Below, piece after piece: positions 25,805 to 37,800 of a stretch of 64,000 nucleotides of DNA (position 1 is its first letter; the number at the start of each line of letters is the position of its first letter). This stretch comes from Nemertoderma westbladi. Its lineage: Eukaryota > Animalia > Xenacoelomorpha. A model generated the notes under the pieces. The model was not told where the DNA came from. It did not search any database and saw nothing but the letters and a program-made list of their open reading frames with translations. The position numbers and the translations under genes are program-made. Location: positions 16,612 to 80,611 of the forward strand of contig JAUCBJ010009099.1 of assembly GCA_032718475.1 (NCBI GenBank), given 5' to 3'.

Positions 25805-27327
25805 CCGGTGTAACAGAGAATCCCCATCCATTCCCGGTTAAAATTACATACCGGCAGGCGGCAGACCAGTCAGTCAGTACCGGTACCTGTATTCAGGTAG
25901 TGTATTCTCACTCCCGGCATCCGGAGTGTATTTTCCCTAGTCTATTTTAAGCTTAACCCCTTCCAGCTCAAGTGAAAAATTTCCCCTGCATTTATCAATT
26001 TTTACTCTGTGCAAATCCATCCCCGGTTACTACTACTAGCCTACTAATACTAGAAATCCATCCCTGTTTAAAGTTCCCTCGTGTATTCTCACTCCCGGTG
26101 TATTTTTTGCATCTTTCACAGTACCGGCTAACCGGTCCGGTACCTACTTTACTATATACAAATCTCTGACAGCTCGTGTGTTTGTCTGTGTACTAGACTG
26201 CTAGTGCTAGAGCAGTAGAGGTATCTGTGGTCGTCTGTTCGCTTAACTCTGTAACTGTAGGCTTATATCTGTAGGCTTCCTCTGTATATATCTGTATAGT
26301 AACGGATACCATCACAAACTATGCTCCAAAGCTAACTGCTGGCGTCCCCAAGATGATTGCCATTGTCGGCTCTGTAATTCTCCAGCAAGAATTGAACAGG
26401 CTCAGGTCTGCTCTGCGCTTCCACAAAACACACCTGCTTTCAAACTCGCAGTCCATCTTAACAGCCTTGATCTATGTGTTTAATCTATGTTTTCTTTAAG
26501 TATGTTTTATTTATTTATTTATAATTTTACTGTGCTAATTTTAACAATCCGATGCGGATTAAATTACAGCTCATCATCATATCTGTATATCGCATTTAAA
26601 TTAAATTGAAATTTAAAATATCATGGGCTGTGTCTGTGATCGTGTGATAGGGGTAAGAATACACTGAGGGTGGTTAAATTTCACTAAAAAATCACTCAGG
26701 ACCCAGAGTACAGGAGTACGGTAGTTCAGTAGTTACACCCCCGGCTGCCCTGCTGCCCGGTAAAACAGTAAATATACCCAAGTAAATTCAGTCAGGAACA
26801 CTGGTCACAATATTTCCAATTTACAGCCAGAATGTGTCCGCGGAAAACGCTCTCGGAGTGAAATTTCTCCATAGAAAACAATGCTAAATTTCATTTGAAA
26901 ACCGGCAGTGAAATTTTAACATTGGCATTCTAAAAATTATGCCATTAGAATCGCCATAAAATTCTGTATAAATTAATTTGAGAATTAGAATCTCATCGGT
27001 GGGATAACTATCATAATATTAAAAATAAAAATGTGCCCAGCTTCTGCTTTGAGTACTAGCAACTAGCTGACTAGTGGAGTTACAGAGTTACAGCCAAAAT
27101 ATGTCCGGAAATATAATCGCAGCCTGTGAAGGACAAATAGTGGATGCACGGACACTTTCTGGCTGTGAATATGTGGACAATTTTTGGCTGAGCTTCAGTC
27201 AGAAAGTAACCAGTGTTCCTAACTGAAATTCTAACCCGGCTGCGGCTGCCCGGGGGTGAAAATACACTAGGGAATTTTTACCCGGGGGTCAACGTTTGGG
27301 GGAGTGGAAATTATCTGCTACACCGGT
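25805..27327. mobile_element. MITE with ACCGGTGTA(A/G)CAGA termini, containing nested insertions (~26305-26580 LINE-like tail; ~26787-27228 TIR element)
   Basis: ACCGGTGTAACAGAGAAT ... ATTATCTGCTACACCGGT; the body is the reverse complement of 54126-54565. Confidence 0.75.
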
Positions 27328-28666
27328 AGGCTGGTAGCAGCAGGCAGGCAGGGTAATGCTACAGTTATCCCAGCAGCCAGTATGCTAGGCTAGTCCTGTC
27401 TGCCTGTAGTCTCTAGTACTAGCAGTCTAGTACGGTCAGGCGGGACTGCAGTAACAGCTTAGCAAACTACAGTCCTGCAGTCTGACAGTAACAGTACAGC
27501 AGTCAGGCAGTAGTACGGTACCGGTACATCTGTTTGTCACTGTCATTGTAGTACCGTATAGTACCAGAGTACAGCAGTACCGGCCCGGCAGTAATATTTT
27601 GTAATACACTAATATTGAATAGGCCTATGTCTGTATGTACGGTACCTGGCTGCCTGGGTACGTTTTAGTACGTTTATCTACTACATACTGGCATAACTGC
27701 AGTACCTACTGATCTATCGGTCTGCCGGCAGCGGGTAAAACTACACGCGGCGCCGCGGCAGCCGGTAACACTTTACATGTACACTGTCTGACTGTAGGGG
27801 TAGGCTACTGCTGTACCTGTGACTGTATCCAGGTATCATGAACAGTCTGGGGTCTGGCAACTGGGGTACTGGCAGACTCTAGACTGCCAGACTGGAAATG
27901 CAGAGAATTCAATGTAATCAATCATATGCAATATTTACTTTCAATTTACAATCTTTCAATTTACGGCAGTCATGCAGTTGTATGTCTTTTCCCGGTATAC
28001 TGTATGTATAGGGATAAATACAGAAATATAAATATTTTTTACTGTAACGCAAAAACCCAATTGGGGTGTCGTTTCAGGTTTCTCATAGGCCTTTAGGGTT
28101 AATGTTAAATTAATATCTTGTAATAAATTAATACATTTGCCTCTACCACGCAATCTTCAAATATTAGCATGCTCCAATGCAGCGTGCATTAAGAATGATA
28201 TGCCGGCTATCGACCAAATTGCGCCGCCACAACTCAATAACCCCCATGAATTTCGCGAGATTATCCGCATCTTCAAAGTCAGTGTCCTTTATGAGGCGTC
28301 GCAAGAAAGTCATGGACTGTCTCCACCAAGCTTATTTTCTCAACGGGGCTGCCAAAGCACAATATTGTACACAGGCTGGTCCTCACGGCGAAAGCAATGT
28401 CCTGCAAAGCGGAGGCGATTTTGTTTTCAAGTGTCAAGCTTTGGGAAAACAATGAGACACCTCCAATGTTATATAGTGTCTAGTTGGAGATGTGCGCATT
28501 TTACCTGACACAGTATAGGACTTACAATAAATAGCACATACTGTACACTGTTGTCAGCTGTGGTTTCGGCGTAGGGATTACACAGTACACCCGTCAAATA
28601 AAATTATATTTGCGTAACATGGTTTTTAACACAACCTACAGAATATACTGTACATAATATTCTTAA

Positions 28667-29581
28667 GCCGTAGTTTACTCCACCCCCCCCCCCCCCCCCC
28701 CTAACACTTTTTTTTAATGTCTTCAATTTCTACTGAAATTAAAATATTTTGATTTTATACAGTACAGTATGGGCTGTTAAAATATGGCTAAACATTTGTT
28801 CATTCGAAAAATTTTCCAATTTCCAGTCGCCCTCTAGCAGCATGAAACATGATTAGCGGTTAAAATGCTAACTAGTCATTCGAACTGAGGTAAAATTGGC
28901 TGAAACAAATTTTTTCGAATTACTGAGGTGAGCTCCACAAAAGTTATCGGTTAATATTTTTAGTTTTGCGTTTTTATGAAAATTTATTAATATTTATGAA
29001 AATGAAACAAAATTTTCACAAATTTTTGGTTGTAATCTGAAAAATTGTCTGTAAAAACGGAAATATAAAAATCCCAGCCGATAACTTAAATTAAAGAACT
29101 GCCGAAACCCTTTTGAATGAGCCAAACATATACAAATTTGGTTGATAATTGGCAGAAGAGTAGTCATTTGAAAGATGTCATTCCGAGATAATTGCCTTCA
29201 AAATTCCCGCCACAACTGGCTGTCTGTTGACTGGTTGGTTAATCATTTGTGACACGAAAGAAGCACATCACCGAGCTGAAATTTTTATTACGGGGGTTTT
29301 CTGGGTCGCTGATTTCTTTTACGATGTCAGTTTTAAGGTTTGGTGGAATCTAGTCTGTCTTTCTTACAATTTGAAGGACAGGCCGTCATGGAAAAACATC
29401 GATAATTAAAAGAGGTCTCGCTAAGCGGTTTTCAGATTTGAAATCCTGGCTCATTAAATTCTACTAAAAATGAAATAATAAAACAAAATATTTGAAATTC
29501 TTAAATGCCCCCATTTAAAAATGGGGCACTTATAAAAAAAAATTTCAGGGGGGGGGGGGGGGGGGGTGTGTTACTCCGGCC
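28667..29581. mobile_element. Non-autonomous DNA transposon, Kolobok-like
   Basis: TTAA|GCCGTAGTTTACTCCAC(C)n ... (G)nTGTGTTACTCCGGCC|TTAA; shares an internal block with the 12-kb element. Confidence 0.7.
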
Positions 29582-30140
29582 TTAATGCACGCTGCATAGA
29601 GGTGGCAAAAATATTTTTGTCAAGCCAGAATCTCAATGTGCAGCTTCATTGCAGCAGTCCGATTATAGCATAGTACTTTCAGTTTCAGATTTGTCCGTTT
29701 ACATTTGATGATCTGGGACACCAACAATAACTTTATTGGGTATGTCGCTTATGTCTAATTGTAGGGGCAATACTACTAGTCAGCTGCAAATGTTGATCAA
29801 TCCCACCCTGAATGTAAAGCCACAAGTGCTAGTGGCCATTTACCTCTCGGAATTGGAACTTTGCAAGTTTGTTTCACCAATACCATAACATACAGCCTAC
29901 TATCACAGCCTAGTATATTAGTAGGCTGTGTATGAGTATATTACTAGTCCCTCGAATGGGTTGTTCTTCAACATTTTAGTTTCGTAAGGTATTCATTCAG
30001 TAGACCATAGTTTCCAAATGGATAGTGAAAGCTTATCTCAAAGTAGGAGAGCCTTTATCTAGGATATCAGGACAATTAGTCGCTGCTGGGTCAATACTAG
30101 GTTGTGAGGGACATAAAGATATTACAATACAATGATGGTA

Positions 30141-31183
30141 TGTAAAGGTTCTGACAAACTGTTTTATTATCTTCTCTCTAGTGGTATATAAATGAAACTG
30201 TAAGTGAGATTAGTAGATATATTTACATGCGCCATCCTGCGGTTGATATTAGTATTTGTATTAGTCTAACAATACCCCCTCGCAATGAATGATACTTGCA
30301 CTAACGTAACGCTAAGTTTGTATAACACACTCATGCAAATATATCTCGCGTAATTATTTAATAATATATATATCTAAATATGTATAGTGTATTGTTTTCC
30401 ACTTCTTAAAGTTTTTGTAACCGTATTAGTTCGTGGTGGATGATCTGTGTTCTGCGATACGGGTTGTATTATTTCTTCCCTTTCGATGTTTCCAGCAGAC
30501 ATTTCTAAAGAACCATTCGAAAATTTAGAAAAATCACTTACAAAATATTTCAGAAAAGGTAAATCAAAAGAAGTCGAAAGAAAACGATTCATACAAGCGA
30601 CTCAGACATCGGGAGAAAACATCACGGATTTCGCCAAACGTCTAAGAAATATTTCAAGAAATTGCGAATTTCAAGAAGCATTAGATGACCGTTTACGAGA
30701 ACAACTAATTGCTGGGGTACGAGACGAACATGTTGCAGCAGAACTAATACACGCGAAAGACATTTCATTTTCAGAAGCTTTGATTACAGCAAAAAATTAT
30801 GAAGAGGCATATAAAGTGGCACATCAGGTAGGAAACCAGAATTTGACACGTTTCGCGTCACTACACAAAGTTCAGGATTTCCGAAAGATAAATATCGCCA
30901 TACAAAGGAAGATCTCCTTCATATAAACCTTACAAATCTACAGAAAATTACAATCAATATTCTATAACATGTTATCGGTGTGGGAAACAAGGACACAAAT
31001 CAAACCATTGTCGACTAAATCCTACTCGCAGCGCCAATGTTGGATGGAAAGGTGTAAAGGTTCTGACAAACTGTTTTATTATCTTCTCTCGAGTGGTATA
31101 TAAATGAAACTGTAAGTGAGATTAGTAGATATATTTACATGCGCCATCCTGCGGTTGATATTAGTATTTGTATTAGTCTAACA
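30141..31183 (-). mobile_element. Short, internally deleted Ty3/gypsy-like LTR element (LTR copies 30141-30271 and ~31038-31183)
   Basis: 131-bp near-identical direct repeats. Minus strand shows TGTT...AACA ends on the right LTR, TATATA then AATAAA, PBS TGGCGCTGCGAGTAGGATT (31036-31018) and PPT GAGGGGG (~30275-30281). Confidence 0.88.
30486..31012 (+). pseudogene. Gypsy-type gag fragment with a frameshifted CCHC zinc knuckle
   Basis: ERKRF...Q.SGENITDFAKRLRNISRNCEF...RLREQLIAGV is a gag signature; CYRCGKQGHKSNHC at ~30970-31011. Confidence 0.8.
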
Positions 31184-31222
31184 TACACTATATATACTAT
31201 GTGTATACTATACTCATGTACT

Positions 31223-31480
31223 ATGTACATAGGTTAAACTGAGCAACATCTGCACAAACGCCTCAACAAACACAGATCCTCCATCAAAGATGCCCGTAAA
31301 GGTCTCGACACGACAGATCCAGAGACACTCTTACTACAACACTTTGTCACCTGCCCCCTAGAGGACCTAACTATTACTTGCATTAAACAGTTCCGATCCC
31401 ATTACCGCCGTATTAACACCGAGTTTGTACTTATTAACCTACACAAAACTCCCCTTAACAAAGTCACCCCTGCGATGTAG
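31223..31480 (+). pseudogene. GIY-YIG endonuclease C-terminal relic of a Penelope-like element
   Basis: Manual translation: YIG*TEQHLHKRLNKHRSSI...LLQHF...RRINTEFVLINLHKTPLN, with one in-frame stop. Confidence 0.75.
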
Positions 31481-31901
31481 CTATATCATTATGCCAACCT
31501 ACACCCCCCCCCCCCCCCCCCTCCCACCTCTAAAGTGTAAATACCCCCCACAAATAGGGCCCAATTTGACCTACCGGTACTAAGATAATTTCTTCCAGTC
31601 CCTGACTTCCAATCACCAGCTATTGTTTGTTAAACAAAAAGCTACATCCGTCAAGTTTTGCCTGATACCAACTTTCTCATTTCCTTCGTTTTGTACATAT
31701 ATAATTAATAACTATTATTGTTTATATGTATTAACATCCATAGATTGTATAAATTATTTATCCTGCTTAAATTACTTAATTATAAATCAATATTTTAATA
31801 CTATGTACTTTAACTATAATTACGCGTTCTGCCCATAGTTGTTTTATTTGTAAATTTACTTTGAATTTTATTTAATTTGGTTTTTTTAATGTTTAATATA
31901 T

Positions 31902-31942
31902 TCCGCTGAAGACACCCGAAACGGGCGAAATGCGCATACGGA
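31902..31942 (+). ncRNA. Minimal type I hammerhead ribozyme motif (Penelope-associated)
   Basis: TCCG-CTGAAGA-(ca)CCCG AAA CGGG(c)-GAAA-TGCGCA-TA-CGGA: stem I TCCG/CGGA and a palindromic stem III. Confidence 0.7.
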
Positions 31943-32111
31943 CATAAACTCTTTTATTTATATACGTGGCAAGACCCTCACCCCAGTTCTTCCCTCCAGC
32001 CCCCTGGAGGCTCAACATATAATTTGTGTAAGATGGCACATTACAGTGTGCTGATCTGAGTGGTCTGTTATACAACGAACATAGCAAGTAAAAATAATAC
32101 ACGAGGATCAG

Positions 32112-33420
32112 GGGCGGTATTCATAAATGTGACTAACTAGGAACTTAGTCCTAGTCACATCAAGTTAGTAAGTGCTTGTACTAATTCGGTATTCAGAGAA
32201 GTTGGTGGTACTTATCACTAACGTAATTAGTACTTGTTGTTGCTAAACTCGTATTCATAGAATTTAGTCTTACTTAAGTTAGTATTAGCTGTAACTTAAA
32301 TTTCTAGTCACATGAAGATGTGACTAAGTTGGTAAGAACGCTTACTTATTCTATATTGGCCTTCCTACATACAGTATGGTTATTATGTTACTGACGACTC
32401 CGGCCACATGATACTCTCTCTTGTTTTTCTAGCATTCTCTGTTAATTGCAATTGTGTTATTGCAGAGAAACTGTCAAATGTAACGACATAAAGCTTCTTG
32501 TTTTTTAAACTAATATCCGACTTAAATTTCCAAATTTCAGCTCACATTCTTGAATGGTGAGATTGCTCCCGAACGGTCCGCGTCCGTTGAAAAATGTGTT
32601 TCGCTAAAGAATTCTACCATTCGCGAACTTTCGCAAGATAAAAAAGCGGTAGCGTTCCCACTACATTATTTTCCTCTCTATTACCGAATGTAAATAATGG
32701 TATTCGATAATGGTAGCCAATTGATTTATCGCCTTACTAAAAATATTAATTTTTCACTAAAATTTTAACAGGAAATCACTAAAATATTCAGTTTCCACTA
32801 AAATCTATTAATTAACATTAAATCTATTAATTATAAATTATTGCTAAAATGTGGGAAAGGGCAGCTTGCAGTGCTACGTTATTCGAACCTAAATAATGAA
32901 GGGATTTTATTACAAAAGGCCGTAACAGATTTATTTTTGATGAAAATATATTTTAGTGATAATCAAATTGAGTGGAGGAAATATATATTTGATAACGAAA
33001 AAAATTTACTGGAAAACAGGAATTGTTTCAGTGACCAATAAAATTAATGGGTTTAATGTAGGCAACCAATACTAGTAAAACAGTATACCACTAAATATAG
33101 ATAGTAACAATGTGTTGGCAAGCTGTATTAAATATAGAGACATGCCGGGCATAGCTACCGTCCTTAAGTTAAAACTGAAAGCTTTTCGATAAACATAAGT
33201 TAAAGTACCGGCACTGCTACTAATGGGCTAGAACTAAGTTTAGTAACAGTTTATGAATACTGATATTTTTTAAGGGCTAGTTGAAACTAAATTAAGTCAA
33301 TGCTCTTACTAAAATCAGTTGTTTTTAGTAACAGATAGCTCTTACTAAACATGGTTGCAGCTCTTACTAAAAGCTGTCACTAAGTAGCTGTAACTAACAC
33401 TAACTCTATGAATACCGCCC
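32112..33420. mobile_element. PIF/Harbinger-like MITE
   Basis: CAG|GGGCGGTATTCATA ... TATGAATACCGCCC|CAG. Confidence 0.85.
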
Positions 33421-33427
33421 CAGAACA

Positions 33428-33468
33428 CTGAAGAGCACTTCAAATTTGTAACAGTACGAAACGGCCAC
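33428..33468 (+). ncRNA. Degenerate hammerhead-like motif
   Basis: CTGAAGA-GCACT...AGTAC-GAAA-CGGCC; stem III and the cleavage site are damaged. Confidence 0.4.
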
Positions 33469-34885
33469 AGAATAAACACTGAAAATTAAACTTTTAGTTT
33501 CAGTTCCATTTCAAAGTACTCGCCTAGCAGTAAACTCTTAGATGTGATATATGAATGAACATAATAATACACCAATCAACTTGTTGTTAATTAATACTAT
33601 CGTCGTTAAGTAATGTTACAATATCGGAATAAAGTAATAAATTTTGTTTTCGAAAACCCTTTTTCAATTACACCAGAAAATGTTCTTCCAATTGGATTTA
33701 AGTTTAAAGCAATCCGAGCAGTATTTAAATTTAAAATATTGTTTGCCGTTATTTTCTTTGAATAAAAACTGTTGGTTGTTCCAGGTGAACATCGAAACGC
33801 ATTCAATATTCTTTATATTTCTTCCCAAAACCATCGGCATTGTTAATCAATCAGCGACAAAACGAGAAACCAAATAAATACAGTAATATCTATAACATAA
33901 AACTTACAAATAAACACAAACATGTAAATAAGACGATAATTGCGCTTTACTATTTTGATAGAGTGATAAATATTATTAACTCGCAATTATTTAGCCCCAG
34001 TAATATTTTGCTAAATTTGGAAACGATTACGAATTACAATTTCAGTTATCGTTTCGACAAAGTGGGTAAATATTTCAGTTGCAATTCAGGAAAACTTCAT
34101 ATTCTAGAGCCCATATACTGTGTGAATGGTTTCCAGATTCCGAGCTCCAATTATTTGAAATGAAAGAAGTTTCCTGTATTAACTATAATTTAAACCCGTT
34201 GACCATTTAGGAGACGCGAAATATAATAATTCTGAAATATAATTCTGTAACACCAATGCCAATCACAAAATAATTGAGGCTCAAAAATAAATGTAAACGA
34301 AAAATTACACTCAGTGAAGAAGACAATTTGAATTAATTCGCAGTTATAAAATTGTTCGACAAGCTATAAAGATTTCCCGAAAATTAGAATAGAACAACTC
34401 AATTAATTGATTATTAACATAACAGTAGATTTCAGTCTTAGTTACTTATAATGTAGTTTTTCAGTTAGTCCTTGTCAAAGGAACCTAGTCTCTGGAACAA
34501 AAAACATTTTCAGTTGAATTTCACTCTTAGTCTAGAACGTGTACACTGTTCACGTAAATATTTTACGTGAGTGATATTATGTGTGTTATTATTATCGTGT
34601 GTGTGATATTATGATTGACTGCAATAATACCATCGTACTTACAATATTCAACATTTCTAATTGACATAATATTAATAAGAATTTAAACACTCATCAACAC
34701 TTAAGCGCAAAATAAAGCAAATTTAGATCTTAAAACATATTTCTCGCTTTGCATTAGATTAATTGAATACAGTCAGCCGCAATATTCTTCAAATTTAAAT
34801 AAATAAACTGTTGTTTCTTGTATTTAATATTTAAACAATTTAAAAATAAAATTCTTCGCTGTTACTCTTCCCACTTATGCAGCTT

Positions 34886-37800
34886 TTATACGAAACCGAA
34901 ATTCTTCGCTTTTATGGCCAATTGTATTTTAGCTCGTAAAGTAGATTTAGTGGCGTAAAGAGGGATGTACAAACGGGAAATACAAGTGTTCGCTGTGGGC
35001 AGATGGTGCTCGTCTGCTGGGCGGATAGTGACTGTAGGGAGTGGCTGGAAACCCTCCTCACTGGCCGGAAGGCCGGGACTTCCGGTCCAGAAGTAGACCA
35101 ACTCCTGCCGCTCAGACGGACTCATTCGCTCCAAAACCGACCAGAACCACTTCTTAAACTTCGCTAATCTCTCAGCCGTCTCTCCGCTTTCATCATTGAA
35201 CGAGGTGTAGCCTTGTAGAGTCTTTATCTCGATGTAGAGACAGCCGTTGAGAAGCAACCGGAGGTCTTCCGCGGTCAACCCATCCAGCCCGTTACGCGGT
35301 ATCACATCAAACACCCCGAGCTTCAGCTGAACCAACGGTTTCGCTACCGATGTCACCATCCGGTACTCTGCGTAACGTTTCGCGTAGTCGAATACATTGT
35401 CGGGAGTCACGGCGGGTATATTCCGACAACCGGATAGATTAACCATCCGACCACCCTCCTCCTTACTAAGTTCCACGCTGAAGGTAAGATCGACTGTAGC
35501 GAGGACCTCGGCGGCGTTCTCACTGTTCATATCGTTGAGAAGTTGTCGCAAACTTTCGTAGGTAATCGGATCGAAGAAGGCAAGATCGTGCCACGCAATT
35601 CGTCTTCCGAGGATGTACTTGAGGACGTGACGACAGAGCGGCAAGGGGAACAGCTCGTTCTGCAGCAAACACAAGCCGATCAGTCGACCCACGTTCCGGT
35701 AGAGATTTAGTCGCTCGGGCGAGTTACCTCCGGCACGGATAGAGTAGAAACCTTTCTTACCGGGCTCGAAGAACAACGCCGGCTCCGGGATATCTTCAGC
35801 CTTACCCGCCCCCTTGCTACTCAATCTATTACTCATAATCAACTTCATCGCTTCCGCAACTTTCGCTTTAAGATGAGCTTCGCTCGTGAGGAAAATCATG
35901 AGCTGGGGCTGCGTCTGATCCAATAACATCCCGGTTATCTTTGCGGCGAACGCGGGTTGCAATGCGAACACTTTGGGGTAGAGTTTGTCTCCGAGGGACT
36001 GGCGAGGGGTGGACTGCGGTTCCGATTCGCCGCCTTGTTGCTGCGGCAATGGGCGGAACGGCTTCGACTCATAAGATAACAATAATCGGGACTTCCCTTT
36101 GGCGCCGTCGGATCCGATTTTGAACCGGGGGTGTAGAGAAGCGGCGGTCGCCTTGGAGACGCTGTGGAACTCGTCCAGTGAAGGCAACGGCTCTGGACTG
36201 AGGAAAGCCTCAGCGATGGCCGTAAAGAAACTCCGAGCCACCCCTGTTCCCTCCCCCGGCTCATTCTTGAACATGACCTTAACTCTGTGGACGGCCATCG
36301 GTTGGGCAACCTGCGACGACCGCCGTGTGAACTGCGCGTTAAGTTGTTTTAACGTCTGTACGATGAGGTGCTTACGCTCACGGTCCACTTCCAGGGTTAG
36401 ATCTCGGTTCTGGTTGTTCCGCAGACGTTCCATCTCCCGCCGGAACTTAACTTCTTTCACATCGAAGCCGCCCAACTCTGGCAGCACGGAACTAGGCTCG
36501 GCCCCAACGTCGTCCAGGAAGACACGGCTGAACAACTCGATCGTGTGGTACCAACGGCCCAATAAAATATTCCTGCTGGATGGGAGAGGGAAGATCTCTC
36601 GGCTCGGTCGACTATTGGACCCTGAGTCAAACTGTGGTACAGCATTGGCGGGACCCTGAGCACCATACTCTGGCCGTTTATTTGACCCCATAACACCGTA
36701 CTTTGGCCGTTTATCTGTGCCCATAGCGCCGTACTCTGGCCGTTTATCTGACCCCATAGCGCCGTACTCTGGCCTTTTATTTGACCCCATAGCGCCGTAC
36801 TCTGGCCTTTTATCTGACACCATAGCACCGTACTCTGGTCGTTTATCTGACCCCATAGCGCCGTACTCTGGCCTTTTATCTGACACCATAGCTCCGTACT
36901 CTGGCCGTTTATCTGACCCCATAACACCGTACTCTGGCCGTTTATCTGACCCCACAGCGCCGTACTCTGGCCTTTTATCTGACACCATAGCGCCGTACTC
37001 TGGCCGCTTATCTGACCCCATAACACCGTACTCTGGCCGTTTATCTGACACCATAGCGCCGTACTCTGGCCGTTTATCTGACCCCATAACACCGTACTCT
37101 GGCCGTTTATCTGACACCATAGCGCCGTACTCTGGCCTTATATCTGACCCCATAGCGCCGTACTCTGGCCGTTTATCTGATCCCATAGCGCCGTACTCTG
37201 GCCTTTTATCTGACCCCATAGCGCCGTACTCTGGCCGTTTATCTGATCCCATAGCGCCGCTGTACTCTGACCATTTGCCTGATACCATAGCGACGTAATC
37301 ATGTGGTTTATCAGAATAAACAGCACCGTACTCAGGTGCTTTATCAGAATTAGAAGCTACCATACCATAGTCAGGATCAACAATGGAACGCGGGAGACCA
37401 GCTGCTTGGCCGGACTCGGCAGTGAGGTTCTCGTAAAGACTCGGTTCTTTCGGTTGCCTGGCTTCTGCTGACCCACTGTATTCAGGGAATGCAGCAACAT
37501 ACGGGAGCCCTTGGATTCCGGATACAGAACCAGTGGATCTATATGCATCAGAACCTTTAGGATCGGAGTAGTTGCAGTTCATCTCAGTATCAGTGCAAAG
37601 CGACTTCAGTTCGTGCAAATTCGCCCTTATTGTTGCGCTCAGAGTGGAAGTCATATCGAGAGACTCTGCGATGAGGGAGGGCAAACTCTGTGATTCGGAA
37701 TGGCCTTCAGACATAGACGGATCCGGGTGCCATATAACCGATTGTGTGGGCTGGCTCATGGCCGGTTCCGTTGACGGTAGGGGTATATGGGAATAAGAAG

